The position numbers and the translations under genes are program-made. DNA of 64,000 nucleotides from Candidatus Niyogibacteria bacterium. GTDB lineage: Bacteria; Patescibacteriota; Minisyncoccia; HO2-45-28. The stretch lies in assembly GCA_016432485.1 (NCBI GenBank), contig CP066691.1:217294-281293 (forward strand), in the 5' to 3' direction. Positions 45,586 through 55,253 of the stretch are shown in pieces. A model generated the notes under the pieces. It did not search any database. It was not told where the DNA came from and was given only the letters and a program-made list of their open reading frames with translations. Position 1 is the first letter of the stretch; each line of letters begins with the position of its first letter.

Positions 45586-46104
45586 TTATTTTTGAGAATC
45601 ATCTTTTTCGCGCCCATCGCCGCCGTTTTTCAAGCCGTTTTTGGCCTCGCGCATTTCATTCCAAAATTCCGCGTTCTTACTATTACCGTTACCATTGCCA
45701 TTACCGTTACTCTCGTTCACGGACAAATTATTGCCGTTTACTTCGCCGTTGCTCTGCTGCGCGTGCGGGCCATTGCCATTTTTAATGGCAACTCTGCGCC
45801 CGTGAAAATAATCCGAGAGACGATGCAAAAGAGTTTCGGTTTTCAAAGTTATGAGCCGAGAACGCCTTAATATTTTCTCCCCAACCTTAAACAAGGCCGG
45901 CCTGACTACGCTCGCGATAAATCCTTCAAACGGCTGAACCACGTCCTTACGGACAAAGTCAAAAAAGGGAGGCTGGTTTTTTATTATGGCCTCGCGTTCT
46001 TCTGCCGCCAGAAAACGCAAAGACATAATCCTGCGCCCCGCCAAAAAAACAATTCCGATGAAGCTTAAAAAACCCAAAGACGCGAAAAATATCGTGGCGA
46101 ACAT
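45586..46104 (-). CDS. Hypothetical membrane-anchored protein with an Asn-Gly repeat tract (NGNGNGNGNGNS) near the C-terminus
   Basis: N-terminal TM helix; the DNA carries ccatta/ccgtta hexamer repeats at about 45690-45720. Confidence 0.5.
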   Translation of the reverse strand: MFATIFFASLGFLSFIGIVFLAGRRIMSLRFLAAEEREAIIKNQPPFFDFVRKDVVQPFEGFIASVVRPALFKVGEKILRRSRLITLKTETLLHRLSDYFHGRRVAIKNGNGPHAQQSNGEVNGNNLSVNESNGNGNGNGNSKNAEFWNEMREAKNGLKNGGDGREKDDSQK

Positions 46105-46109
46105 AATGT

Positions 46110-46559
46110 TTATAAAGTTATTCTATAAAACTTAGCGATTTCTACGTTCTCGCCGAATTTGGAAATAATTTCTTTGAGATAATCCCCGACCGTTTTTGAT
46201 TGGTCTTTTATAAACGGCTGGCCCATCAGATCTTCAATTTTTTCGGCTTCCATGGCTGCCGCCTGCATAGCTAAATCGTGGACAAAAGTTCTGAACTCCG
46301 GGTTTCTGGACACAAAATCGGTCTCGGTCCTGACCTCAATCAAAACTCCGAGCTTCCGGTCACTATGGATATAAGCGTCAACCACTCCGGCACGCGTTTC
46401 CCGCTGCGATTTTTTAGCAGCGAATTCAACTCCTTTCCGCTTCAAAATTTCAAGAGCTTTATTGAAATCGCCGCCGGATTCATCCAGAGCCTTTTTACAT
46501 CCGGTTATGGACGCGCCGCATAGCAGACGCAATTTTCGCACCGTATCCAAATCAGACAT
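46110..46559 (-). CDS. tsf: Elongation factor Ts, short form (149 aa)
   Basis: N-terminal UBA-like LRLLCGASITGCKKALDESGGDFNKALEIL plus a single core domain ...TDFVSRN...; follows rpsB. Confidence 0.85.
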   Translation of the reverse strand: MSDLDTVRKLRLLCGASITGCKKALDESGGDFNKALEILKRKGVEFAAKKSQRETRAGVVDAYIHSDRKLGVLIEVRTETDFVSRNPEFRTFVHDLAMQAAAMEAEKIEDLMGQPFIKDQSKTVGDYLKEIISKFGENVEIAKFYRITL

Positions 46560-47349
46560 CTTTTTTTGACCCTTCTTCGGTTTTAACCCGGATTAATTCC
46601 GCGCCGGATTTAAAAGCCGCAACCAATCGATCCAAAATATATTTTATACTTGAATGAGCCGAGTCATTGGCCGGAATGATATAAACCACCGAATCAGGAT
46701 TGCAATCCGTATTCACGATACCCACTGTTTTCAGACCGATCTTTTTGGTTTCGCGGGTGGCTGTTTTTTCCTCACACGGGTCAATAATCAAAACGGCATC
46801 AGGTATTTTTTTTAACGAAACCAGACCCGCGAATTTACGCTCAAGATTGGCGATTTCGTCGTTTAAAACCAGCTGTTCTTTTTTAGTGTATTTGGCCAAT
46901 TCTCCCGAAGATCTTTTAATCTTCAAATCCTCAAGGTAATCAAGACGTTTGCGCATAACGCTGAAATTAGTCAAAAGCCCGCCGGGCCAGCGCCTGGCAG
47001 AATAAGGCATTCCCAATTCCTCGCCGGCTTTTTCCACCAAAAGCGCGGCCGACGGCTTGGAGCCAACCAAAAGCAATACCCCTCCTTCGGAAGCAATTTT
47101 TTTTAAAATCTCCTCGGCTTCGCGCAGTTTCCCCCTGACTTTCTCCAGATCAAAAACCTCAACATTATTGCGTAAACCGAATATATAAGCCTTCATTTTG
47201 GGATGACGCCGCGTTCGGGAATAACCTAAATATAAACCGGCCCGAAACATTTCTTCTATTTCGGGATCAACGACCGCGGCTGTTTGAGCCTCTTTTACAT
47301 CTACTTCAGGCATAGGAGCTATTTTAAGATATATTGATAGATTGCGCAA
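46552..47349 (-). CDS. rpsB: 30S ribosomal protein S2
   Basis: ...MFRAGLYLGYSRTRRHPKMKAYIFGLRNNVEVFDLEKV...; alternative start MPEVDV at 47313. Confidence 0.92.
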   Translation of the reverse strand: MRNLSIYLKIAPMPEVDVKEAQTAAVVDPEIEEMFRAGLYLGYSRTRRHPKMKAYIFGLRNNVEVFDLEKVRGKLREAEEILKKIASEGGVLLLVGSKPSAALLVEKAGEELGMPYSARRWPGGLLTNFSVMRKRLDYLEDLKIKRSSGELAKYTKKEQLVLNDEIANLERKFAGLVSLKKIPDAVLIIDPCEEKTATRETKKIGLKTVGIVNTDCNPDSVVYIIPANDSAHSSIKYILDRLVAAFKSGAELIRVKTEEGSKKDV

Positions 47350-47377
47350 GATCGGTTTTTATGCTAGGGTATAAGTT

Positions 47378-47614
47378 ATGAAAAAAGATATCCATCCGGC
47401 TTATTTCCCCAGTGCCGCAATAAAATGCGCCTGCGGCAAGACATATAAAGTCGGTTCAACCAAAGAAAAGATAGAGATTGAAATATGCGCTAATTGTCAT
47501 CCGTTTTTTACCGGAAAGGAAAAACTCATTGATACCGCGGGCCGCGTAGAAAGATTCAAGGCTAAAAGAGAAAGGGCGGCTAAAATCGCGCCGAAAAAGA
47601 AAGGTAAAAAGTAA
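47378..47614 (+). CDS. rpmE: 50S ribosomal protein L31 (zinc-ribbon type)
   Basis: [23 protein letters not shown]...[11 protein letters not shown]. Confidence 0.92.
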   Translation: MKKDIHPAYFPSAAIKCACGKTYKVGSTKEKIEIEICANCHPFFTGKEKLIDTAGRVERFKAKRERAAKIAPKKKGKK

Positions 47615-48354
47615 TGGCGGAACTAACACCTCAATCAATAATTCTTGAAATAAGAGCCGGCGCCGGCGGACAAGAGGCGTCGCTTTTTGCCGCAGAACTC
47701 GCGAATATGTATACCAAATACGCCCAGAAGCAAAACTGGAAAATAACGCTGATTAATTCTTCGCCAAGCGAGTTAGGCGGATATAAAGAAGCCATTATTG
47801 AAATATCAAATCCCGAGGCTTACGCCAAACTCAAGCAGGAGGCCGGAGTGCATCGGGTTCAACGGATTCCAGCCACGGAAAAATCCGGACGCATCCACAC
47901 TTCAACCGCGTCAGTCGCTATTCTGCCTATTTATCCGGCACAGTCTTTTGAAATAAAACCGCAGGATATTGAAGTGGAATTCACCCGTTCCGGAGGTCCC
48001 GGCGGACAAAATGTAAATAAAGTTGAAACAGCCGTAAGAATAACCCACAAGCCGTCGGGTATCGCGGTGCTTTCGCAGGATCAGCGCTCGCAGCAGTCCA
48101 ACCGCGAAAAAGCAATGAACATTTTGCGGGCAAAATTGATTGAAATGGAGACGGAGAAAAAATCCGGTTTAATTACCGAACAAAGGCGGGAACAAATCGG
48201 CACTCAAGACCGCTCGGAAAAAATACGCACTTATAATTTTCCGCAAGACCGCATCACCGACCACCGCATCGGCAAGAAATGGCACAATATTGAACGCATT
48301 TTGGCCGGCGATCTGGACCCGGTTGTTAAAGCTTTTCAACGGCAGGAAAAATAA
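47614..48354 (+). CDS. prfA: Peptide chain release factor 1, N-terminally truncated form (246 aa, lacks domain 1)
   Basis: PAT tripeptide in [19 protein letters not shown] motif [20 protein letters not shown]; TAATG overlap with rpmE. Confidence 0.8.
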   Translation: MAELTPQSIILEIRAGAGGQEASLFAAELANMYTKYAQKQNWKITLINSSPSELGGYKEAIIEISNPEAYAKLKQEAGVHRVQRIPATEKSGRIHTSTASVAILPIYPAQSFEIKPQDIEVEFTRSGGPGGQNVNKVETAVRITHKPSGIAVLSQDQRSQQSNREKAMNILRAKLIEMETEKKSGLITEQRREQIGTQDRSEKIRTYNFPQDRITDHRIGKKWHNIERILAGDLDPVVKAFQRQEK

Positions 48355-48409
48355 AAATGGGGAAAATAAGAAAAATAAAAACTTGGACACGCCGTGTCCA
48401 AGTTTGCCT

Positions 48410-49192
48410 CTAACTCGCGAGATATCCGCCGTCAACCGGAAGAATCATTCCATTTATGAACTGGGAGGAGGTAATTAAAAACCGCACGGCTTCGGCCACT
48501 TCTTCCGGCGCGCCTTTTCTATGAAACGGCACGCGCTTTTTGTATTCTGCCCAAGCCGCTTCCGGAAGGCCGGCGGTCATAGAAGTATCAATAATACCCG
48601 GAGCAACCGCGTTGACAGTGATGTCAAAGGGATGTCCGTTTTTATTAAACGGCGCCTCTAGAGCAAGGGTCTTAGTTAAACTCTCAAGCGCCGCTTTTGA
48701 TGCCGCGTAAATCGCGTTGCCGGCATCGCCTCGGGAGCCCATGACTGATGAAAAATTAACTATTCTGCCGTAACCGCGCTCGCGCATAATCGGTAAAACC
48801 GCCTTAATCCATTCAAAAGTCGTCAAAAAATTGACGCTAAAAACCCTTATTACTTCTTCCGAGTCGGTCTTAATCAGCGGGGCCGGTTTTTGCAAAACTC
48901 CGGCGGCATTAATTAAAACATCAATTTTCCCGGTGCTCTCAAGAATCAGCGAAACATTTTGCTCAACCGAGGCCTCGGCTCCCATCAATCTTAAAAACGC
49001 TTTTCTCTCCGCTTCTTTTAAAAATGCCTGAAATCCGCCGTCCTGAAATTTTTCCGAGCAATCGCAAAGAAAAAACATGGATTCGCGCGTCCAAGCGTCA
49101 TCAATCAAAGCCAAATTCCTCGTAATCGCTCTTCCAATGCCTCCGGCCGCGCCCGTAATCACTATCGTCTTGCCCACGCGCATCCTCCTCAA
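48410..49192 (-). CDS. Short-chain dehydrogenase/reductase (FabG-like)
   Basis: TGAAGGIGRAI Rossmann motif; YAASKAAL catalytic YxxxK. Confidence 0.8.
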   Translation of the reverse strand: MRRMRVGKTIVITGAAGGIGRAITRNLALIDDAWTRESMFFLCDCSEKFQDGGFQAFLKEAERKAFLRLMGAEASVEQNVSLILESTGKIDVLINAAGVLQKPAPLIKTDSEEVIRVFSVNFLTTFEWIKAVLPIMRERGYGRIVNFSSVMGSRGDAGNAIYAASKAALESLTKTLALEAPFNKNGHPFDITVNAVAPGIIDTSMTAGLPEAAWAEYKKRVPFHRKGAPEEVAEAVRFLITSSQFINGMILPVDGGYLAS

Positions 49193-49229
49193 TCAAAGTT
49201 CAAAGACCCATCAAACCTTATCGCAAAAC

Positions 49230-50546
49230 CTATCTTTGCGCAAGAATTATATTCATCTGTTCTTGATATTTTGAGGCCAAAGACATCACATCATCTCCGT
49301 AAAAAGCGTAAGCCGGCTTAGACCAATTTCCGCCAGCCAAGTATCTCAAGGCCGCGCGGCGTTCGGCCTGATATGTCCCTTCGGCCGCGCCGTTGTCTTT
49401 CAAAAGAAGAGCTGAAGCCATAAAAGCGTCCTCGGCGTCCCAGGGATTTGGCGGATTGTGGCCGGTATGACGCGCGACTAAATTTTTATACAAAAGCCAG
49501 GTTGTGGGTATGAATTGCGCGGGGCCCATGGCGCCTCCGCAATATCCATACCAGGCCTTTTTTGAAACGGGCATTAAATCCGGGTTTAATCCCAATTCGG
49601 ATGTAATTTCCTGAAAAGCCGTACGCTGTTTGGCGCATCTGGAATGGCTCAAATCTTCACGCCAGTTTCCGGTCCCGACATTGGCGCCAAGATTTGATTC
49701 TTCGGCAATTACGCCAAGCAAAAAAGCCGGCCTGACGCCTGTTTTTTGGAAGGCCTTATTGGCAAGTTCCACTGCGCGCTCAAAAGGAATATCGGGAGAA
49801 CCGGTTAAAAGAAAAAGCTGGCTGCGAATGGTGGCGGCGTCTTTTTGTTTGGCCGAGAGAACTTTCTGATATTCGGCTTCTTTGCCCTTGGTAATTTTCA
49901 GCAGATTTTTCTTTTCGGTCTCCCGTTCCTCAATCCTGTTTTTTTCCAAAACCTGCAGGGATTTTAACTGATTTTCTTCGGCCTTGCGGGCCTCCAAATC
50001 GTCTATTTCGTTCTCGGTAATCAACTTTGTCTCTCTGATTAAAGCTATGGATTCGTGAATTGACTGCTGTACGGCTTCCATATTATCAAGTTCGGCGAAA
50101 AATTCCGAAAGATCATCTCCTCCGATAAGCGTTTCAATCAAAGAAGTATGGTCCAGCTCGTCAAGACGGCGCAAAAGTTCAGACAAAGAATTTTTCTCGC
50201 GCCCGACTTTAGATAAGAGTTCGTCTATCTTGACCGACTTCGCGCCGATGCTGTTTATAATATTTTTAATGGCAATATCCCGCGCCTTAATTTCAAGCTG
50301 GGCTTTTTTTATTTGGGCATCAAGTATGGAGATATCGCGCTCAAAACTTGCCGATTCCTGCTGTTTTCCTAAAATCAGCGAGCGAAAACCGTCTATCTGC
50401 CCTTCTAAATCAGAAAGCTCCTTTTCAAGTTCCGCCCGCCTGTTACCCACATCTTCCGGACTTACGGTTTGGGCCAAAGCCGTAATCAAGAAAATTCCAA
50501 CGCTAACTGCCGCGGACACTACGGCGAGTAATGTTCTTTTACGCAT
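49230..50546 (-). CDS. Secreted coiled-coil protein with a C-terminal lytic-transglycosylase/lysozyme-like domain
   Basis: Signal peptide, about 250 aa coiled coil, C-terminal ...IAEESNLG... domain with a candidate catalytic Glu. Confidence 0.45.
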   Translation of the reverse strand: MRKRTLLAVVSAAVSVGIFLITALAQTVSPEDVGNRRAELEKELSDLEGQIDGFRSLILGKQQESASFERDISILDAQIKKAQLEIKARDIAIKNIINSIGAKSVKIDELLSKVGREKNSLSELLRRLDELDHTSLIETLIGGDDLSEFFAELDNMEAVQQSIHESIALIRETKLITENEIDDLEARKAEENQLKSLQVLEKNRIEERETEKKNLLKITKGKEAEYQKVLSAKQKDAATIRSQLFLLTGSPDIPFERAVELANKAFQKTGVRPAFLLGVIAEESNLGANVGTGNWREDLSHSRCAKQRTAFQEITSELGLNPDLMPVSKKAWYGYCGGAMGPAQFIPTTWLLYKNLVARHTGHNPPNPWDAEDAFMASALLLKDNGAAEGTYQAERRAALRYLAGGNWSKPAYAFYGDDVMSLASKYQEQMNIILAQR

Positions 50547-50566
50547 TAAATATATTATATCAGAAA

Positions 50567-51286
50567 TTATTTAGCTTCCTTAGCTCTTTTCTCTTCTTTC
50601 GCTTTCACGGGCGGCCCTGCTTTCGTTCCTGATTTTTCTTCAACCGCCGCTTCTTCAGCTATTTCTTCTTTTTTACCCTTCTTATCTACTACTTCTATTC
50701 CCTCAAGAGTCGGGGCTTCGGACGGAGCCTCTTCTTCGGCTTTAGGTTCTTCCACCAGCGCCATCACGTCTTCGGAACCGGCCAAAACTTTAACGCCCGC
50801 GGGCAATTTCAAATCTTTAATTAAAAATCTGTCGTTAAAAGCGACTAGTCCTGAAATATCCACTTCAAGCTCGTGAGGCAAATCTTTAGGCAGGGCCTCA
50901 ATTTCAATTTCGTGCATTACTTTGACAAGCGAACCGCCTAAGTTTTTGACTGCCGGAGATTCACCTATAAATGTAATAGATACCATGGCTTGAATCGGCT
51001 TATCCATTCGCACGGCGTAAAAATCAACATGTATAGGTAAACCGTTTATAGAGTCGCGCTGAATGTCTTTTATCAAAACATTTTTTTTCTGCCCGTCAAA
51101 ATCCAGTTCAATCAAGCTTGATTCTCCGGCTTCTTCCCAAGTTTTTTGGAAATCTTTTAAATCAATTTCCAGCGGCTGCGGCTTTTCCGTTCCGCCATAA
51201 ACTACGGCGGGTATCAGGCCGCTCTTTTGAAGGGTCTTGGATTTTTTGCCAAAAACTATTCTGGTTTTTGCTTTAATGACCAGCAT
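50567..51286 (-). CDS. rplY: 50S ribosomal protein L25 (general stress protein Ctc form) with an acidic/Lys-rich C-terminal tail
   Basis: MLVIKAKTRIVFGKKSKTLQKSGLIPAVVYGG. Confidence 0.88.
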   Translation of the reverse strand: MLVIKAKTRIVFGKKSKTLQKSGLIPAVVYGGTEKPQPLEIDLKDFQKTWEEAGESSLIELDFDGQKKNVLIKDIQRDSINGLPIHVDFYAVRMDKPIQAMVSITFIGESPAVKNLGGSLVKVMHEIEIEALPKDLPHELEVDISGLVAFNDRFLIKDLKLPAGVKVLAGSEDVMALVEEPKAEEEAPSEAPTLEGIEVVDKKGKKEEIAEEAAVEEKSGTKAGPPVKAKEEKRAKEAK

Positions 51287-51307
51287 AACAAACTGAGTAT
51301 ATCTTTT

Positions 51308-52285
51308 TTACTTATTTTTTACAATATCCGGCGGCTCGCGGCCTTCAAGGGCGGCAATGATATTTTCGGCGGCAAGTTCGGACATGGCCGAGCGGGTCTC
51401 CTCGGTGGCTGACGCGATATGAGGAGTTAAAATCACATTTTCGAGTTCAGTTAGCCCCGGCGCAAGTTTTGGTTCCCGTTCAAAAACATCAATGGCCGCG
51501 CCGCGTATGGTTTTATTTTTAAGCGCTTCCGCCAAAGCGGTTTCGTCTACGATCGGCCCGCGGGAAGTGTTTATCAAATACGCAGTCGGCTTCATCTGGC
51601 TCAATCTTTCAGTGTTAATCAGATGTTGAGTGGATTCCAAAAGAGGCACATGAATAGAAACATAATCGGCTTCTCGCAATAAATCCTCCAATTTTTCTTT
51701 GTAAATCGCGCCGAACTCGCGCTCAAAATCCCCGTTTCGTTTTATATCGTTATAAATGATTTTAGCGTCAAATCCTTTTACGGCGTGATGCGCGACGCGA
51801 GAGCCAATTCTGCCAAGGCCGACAATACCGATTGTTTTGCCCGATAAATCGTTTCCCAAAAGCATCATCGGCGCCCAGCCGTCGTATTTTCCCGCTCTTG
51901 TGAATTTATCCGCTTCAACTACGCGGTGAGAAATCGCAAGCATAAGCGCGAAGGTGTGTTCGGCTACGGTGTTTGTCAAAACACCGGGGGTATTTGAAAT
52001 CATAATCCCCCGTTCCTCCGCCGCTTTCAAATCAATATTATCAAAACCGACGGCGTAATTCGCGAAAATTTTTGCGCTTTTGCCCGCCGCGTCTAGTACT
52101 TCGCCGTCAATTTTATCCGTCAGCAAACATAAAACCGCGTCGTATTTGTCGGCTTTGAGGGCTGTTATCAGCTCTGATTTATCCAAAACTCTGTCTTCTG
52201 GATTCACCACCACTTCATGCCCCGCCTCTTTTAATTTACTGATTCCGGCCTCAGGAATCATTCTGGTAACAAAAACTTTTGCCAT
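51308..52285 (-). CDS. D-isomer-specific 2-hydroxyacid dehydrogenase (glyoxylate/hydroxypyruvate reductase-like)
   Basis: NAD-binding GIVGLGRIGSRVA; catalytic R, E, H triad context. Confidence 0.82.
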   Translation of the reverse strand: MAKVFVTRMIPEAGISKLKEAGHEVVVNPEDRVLDKSELITALKADKYDAVLCLLTDKIDGEVLDAAGKSAKIFANYAVGFDNIDLKAAEERGIMISNTPGVLTNTVAEHTFALMLAISHRVVEADKFTRAGKYDGWAPMMLLGNDLSGKTIGIVGLGRIGSRVAHHAVKGFDAKIIYNDIKRNGDFEREFGAIYKEKLEDLLREADYVSIHVPLLESTQHLINTERLSQMKPTAYLINTSRGPIVDETALAEALKNKTIRGAAIDVFEREPKLAPGLTELENVILTPHIASATEETRSAMSELAAENIIAALEGREPPDIVKNK

Positions 52286-52365
52286 ATATTGATTTTACAT
52301 TAAATACGTAATAAATCAAAAATGCCCCGCGAGCAATGCCCGCGGGGCGAAATTTATTCCGGATA

Positions 52366-53376
52366 TCACAAAGATTTTTCAAAAAATCTTAATAGGTTTT
52401 TGCCAAGAACTCCGACTATCCTTTTCCAGAGAGACGCGCTTAAACTAATTTCGTCTTCAATTTTTTCCATCATATCCGGCCCGGTCAAATCTTCAACATA
52501 TTCTGGGAAACGAACCCGCATTTTTCCATCGGGGTCCAGCTTTGATTTCTTCATATTAAAGTTTTTCCTGGCTTCTTCCGAACCGACATTTACGTGCGGA
52601 GCATCACTGCCAATGCAGACGCTGTCAGCCGGCAGTTCTCGAATGGCGTACCGAAAATGCTTAATAAAGGCCTCGGGACTGTTGTCCTTCTCGTCAAGCA
52701 AAAAGGTCTGAATAAGTAAACCGACTACGCCCCCCATATCCGCGATTTGTTGAAGCAGACTTATGGAGAGATTACGCGGATGTTTATAAACCTGAAAAAC
52801 GCCCGTGTGTGACGCAAACACCGGCAAACCAGCGAAATTTTTTATGACGAATACAATGGCATCTTGCGCCGTCTGATGGCTGGCATGAGAAAGATCAAGA
52901 ATCATTCCGTTTTCCGCCAAGGCCTTAAGAAATTTTTCGCCTTCCTTTGTTAGTCCCATGTCAGGATTTTTCCATCCGCTGCCAAAAGAATTCTTTTCAT
53001 CATAAGCAATTCCCATTACGCGAATTCCTGCCTGATAAAGTTTACCGATATCGTCGGGCTCGGCATCTTCGGGCACGTGCTGCATACCAAGAACAACGGC
53101 TGTTCTGTTATTATAAGTGTCAACTGTATTAAACTCGTCTAACTCTTCTTTCGACCGTACAACCCTCAATCTCGGCTGATTTTCAATCTGTTTCAAAAAA
53201 TCATTATGCGCCTTAAGCGCCTCGTCCATCGTCTTTGCCCACGGCGGCACGGAAGTTAAATGCACCAAATCAAGCCGTAATTCAGGGTCAACTTGAATTT
53301 TTCCGCCGGGCAGGCCCAAAAACCCAAGAGAATCGGCGTAATACATCTCTTTACCTCCTTTCTTTTTTCTAGGCAT
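52366..53376 (-). CDS. Membrane dipeptidase (peptidase M19 family)
   Basis: M19 fold conserved segments (...LDLSHASHQT..., ...HTGVF...); start possibly at the internal MYYADSLG. Confidence 0.7.
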   Translation of the reverse strand: MPRKKKGGKEMYYADSLGFLGLPGGKIQVDPELRLDLVHLTSVPPWAKTMDEALKAHNDFLKQIENQPRLRVVRSKEELDEFNTVDTYNNRTAVVLGMQHVPEDAEPDDIGKLYQAGIRVMGIAYDEKNSFGSGWKNPDMGLTKEGEKFLKALAENGMILDLSHASHQTAQDAIVFVIKNFAGLPVFASHTGVFQVYKHPRNLSISLLQQIADMGGVVGLLIQTFLLDEKDNSPEAFIKHFRYAIRELPADSVCIGSDAPHVNVGSEEARKNFNMKKSKLDPDGKMRVRFPEYVEDLTGPDMMEKIEDEISLSASLWKRIVGVLGKNLLRFFEKSL

Positions 53377-53431
53377 TTTTCAAATCCGGCATAAAGTTAG
53401 CACATTACTTAACTATTGTCAAATCTTTTTA

Positions 53432-54358
53432 TTACTTTTGGATTTTGGCCAAATCCGGATCATCAAAAATTTCAGTAGTTTTCCATCGATCTTCCCGCTC
53501 ATTAAAATCAAGCCGCGCGATTTTGGCAATCTTTTTTCTGGCCTCTTCAAGACCGGGCTGCTGAAGTATTTTTTCAATTATCCTCATTAGTTCTTTGTCC
53601 TCTTTTTGCAAGGCCCGCTCAATACCATGATGAGCGGCGCCAAAAATGGCGGCCAGTTCCGGCTTTTCTGATACTTCTCCGGATTCGGCTCTTAAATGTC
53701 CGGCTATGGCGCGCATTTTTTTAGCAGCAAGATGATTGCGCAAAGTTAAAATTATTTTCTCGGTTTCCGGATGAATCCTTTCGTTTAAATCCATTAAAAA
53801 TCTGCTAACGGCGCGGGTGGCGCTTTGTTCATCTACTCTTTTCCTCTCTAAAATTGCTGATATGGACATCGATGTGTGACTAAAAAAATAAAGCCCGGCG
53901 GCTGCCTTTGCTGACTTTTTTAAAAACTCGCGCCGACTTATCTTTTTCTCCGAAGTAAAATCTTTGGACAAAGATGCCAATAAGAAAATTCCCAATGTAG
54001 GTTCAACAATCTGTAATATCGTCTCTATATTCATACGCATTTCTGCTTCAGAAATATCAGCCAAAAAGACAGGTCTTTTTTCTTTTTCAATGCGCTCTAT
54101 AACAGGACGATACTGGACAAAATGCCTCGCCCAAGAGTTCATTGTATTTTCAGCTCGGACGGGTGTTGAATAATCTCCTATCGTTTCCAAAAAAACCGCG
54201 TCTGCTTTACCGATATCCTCCGGCTTTTGAGGAACAGTGTGCACGCCGTAAACAATACGAAATTTTGCTTCTGGCGATTCAATCAAAACCGCGTTTTCAG
54301 TTAATCCCTCTTTGATATCCGGCCCTTTTTTAATTTCCAAACCCTCAAAACCTTTCAT
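53432..54358 (-). CDS. Hypothetical protein (about 309 aa from MKGFEG)
   Basis: ORF only; the ORF track's longer version would overlap fba by 140 nt. Confidence 0.45.
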   Translation of the reverse strand: MKGFEGLEIKKGPDIKEGLTENAVLIESPEAKFRIVYGVHTVPQKPEDIGKADAVFLETIGDYSTPVRAENTMNSWARHFVQYRPVIERIEKEKRPVFLADISEAEMRMNIETILQIVEPTLGIFLLASLSKDFTSEKKISRREFLKKSAKAAAGLYFFSHTSMSISAILERKRVDEQSATRAVSRFLMDLNERIHPETEKIILTLRNHLAAKKMRAIAGHLRAESGEVSEKPELAAIFGAAHHGIERALQKEDKELMRIIEKILQQPGLEEARKKIAKIARLDFNEREDRWKTTEIFDDPDLAKIQK

Positions 54359-54359
54359 A

Positions 54360-55226
54360 TCAGACCCTGTTTTTACTCCCGAAAAGTTCCAGCTTTTCCG
54401 AAACTTTAGCGGAAACCGCCTCAACCACCGGTTTATAAATTTTATAAGGCGTTGTCTCTTCGGGCGCGGCTTGAAGCATTTTGCGAAGAGCGTCAACATA
54501 TGCCGCGCGGATTTCGGTTGAAATATGGATATTATTGAATCCCGACTTCACGGCCTCCCGCATTTGCTCATCGGAAACGCCTGAGCCGCCGTGTAAAACC
54601 ATGGCCGTATCAGAAGGCAAAACCGCGCGCAGTTTTTTAATAAGTTCAAAATCAAGTTTCGGTTCGTTGGCCGCAATACCATGAAGATTTCCTACGGCCG
54701 GCGCGAAACGGTCAACGCCGGTTTCCTGCACGAATTTCAGCGCCTCTTCCGGTTTGGTCAAACTTTCCTGCGGAATTTCAAATGACTCTTTATAAATTTT
54801 TGACGATTCGGTGACCAGATAGCCGAGCTCGCCCTCAACGCTTATCTCCGGATTAACGGATTTGGCGTATTCAACAACTCTTTTTGTTTCTTCCAGATTT
54901 TTTCTGTAATTTTCGCGCGACAAGTCAATCAAAACCGAATCGTATCCGGAGTCAATCGCCTCACGCGCTTTTTCAAAACCGTGAAAATGGTCGGCGTTTA
55001 AAAAAATGGGCAGGCCCGCTTCTTCTTCAGCCGCGTCAATCATGACCCTAGCCATTTTAAAGCGGATGAAATCGGCCTCTCCTTCGGATGTGCCTATCAT
55101 TACAGGCGAACGCGCGCTTAAACAAGCCGAAACGACCCCTTTTAACTGGACGAGATTAGAAATATTAAAATGCGGCATTGCCCACCCCTCATCCAAAGCT
55201 TTAGCCAACCATTCCTTTAAACCCAT
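54360..55226 (-). CDS. fba: Class II fructose-bisphosphate aldolase
   Basis: 288 aa; AMPHFNISNLVQLKGV...; zinc-binding His residues. Confidence 0.88.
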   Translation of the reverse strand: MGLKEWLAKALDEGWAMPHFNISNLVQLKGVVSACLSARSPVMIGTSEGEADFIRFKMARVMIDAAEEEAGLPIFLNADHFHGFEKAREAIDSGYDSVLIDLSRENYRKNLEETKRVVEYAKSVNPEISVEGELGYLVTESSKIYKESFEIPQESLTKPEEALKFVQETGVDRFAPAVGNLHGIAANEPKLDFELIKKLRAVLPSDTAMVLHGGSGVSDEQMREAVKSGFNNIHISTEIRAAYVDALRKMLQAAPEETTPYKIYKPVVEAVSAKVSEKLELFGSKNRV

Positions 55227-55253
55227 TATTTTTTAAAATTGATAATTGATAAT

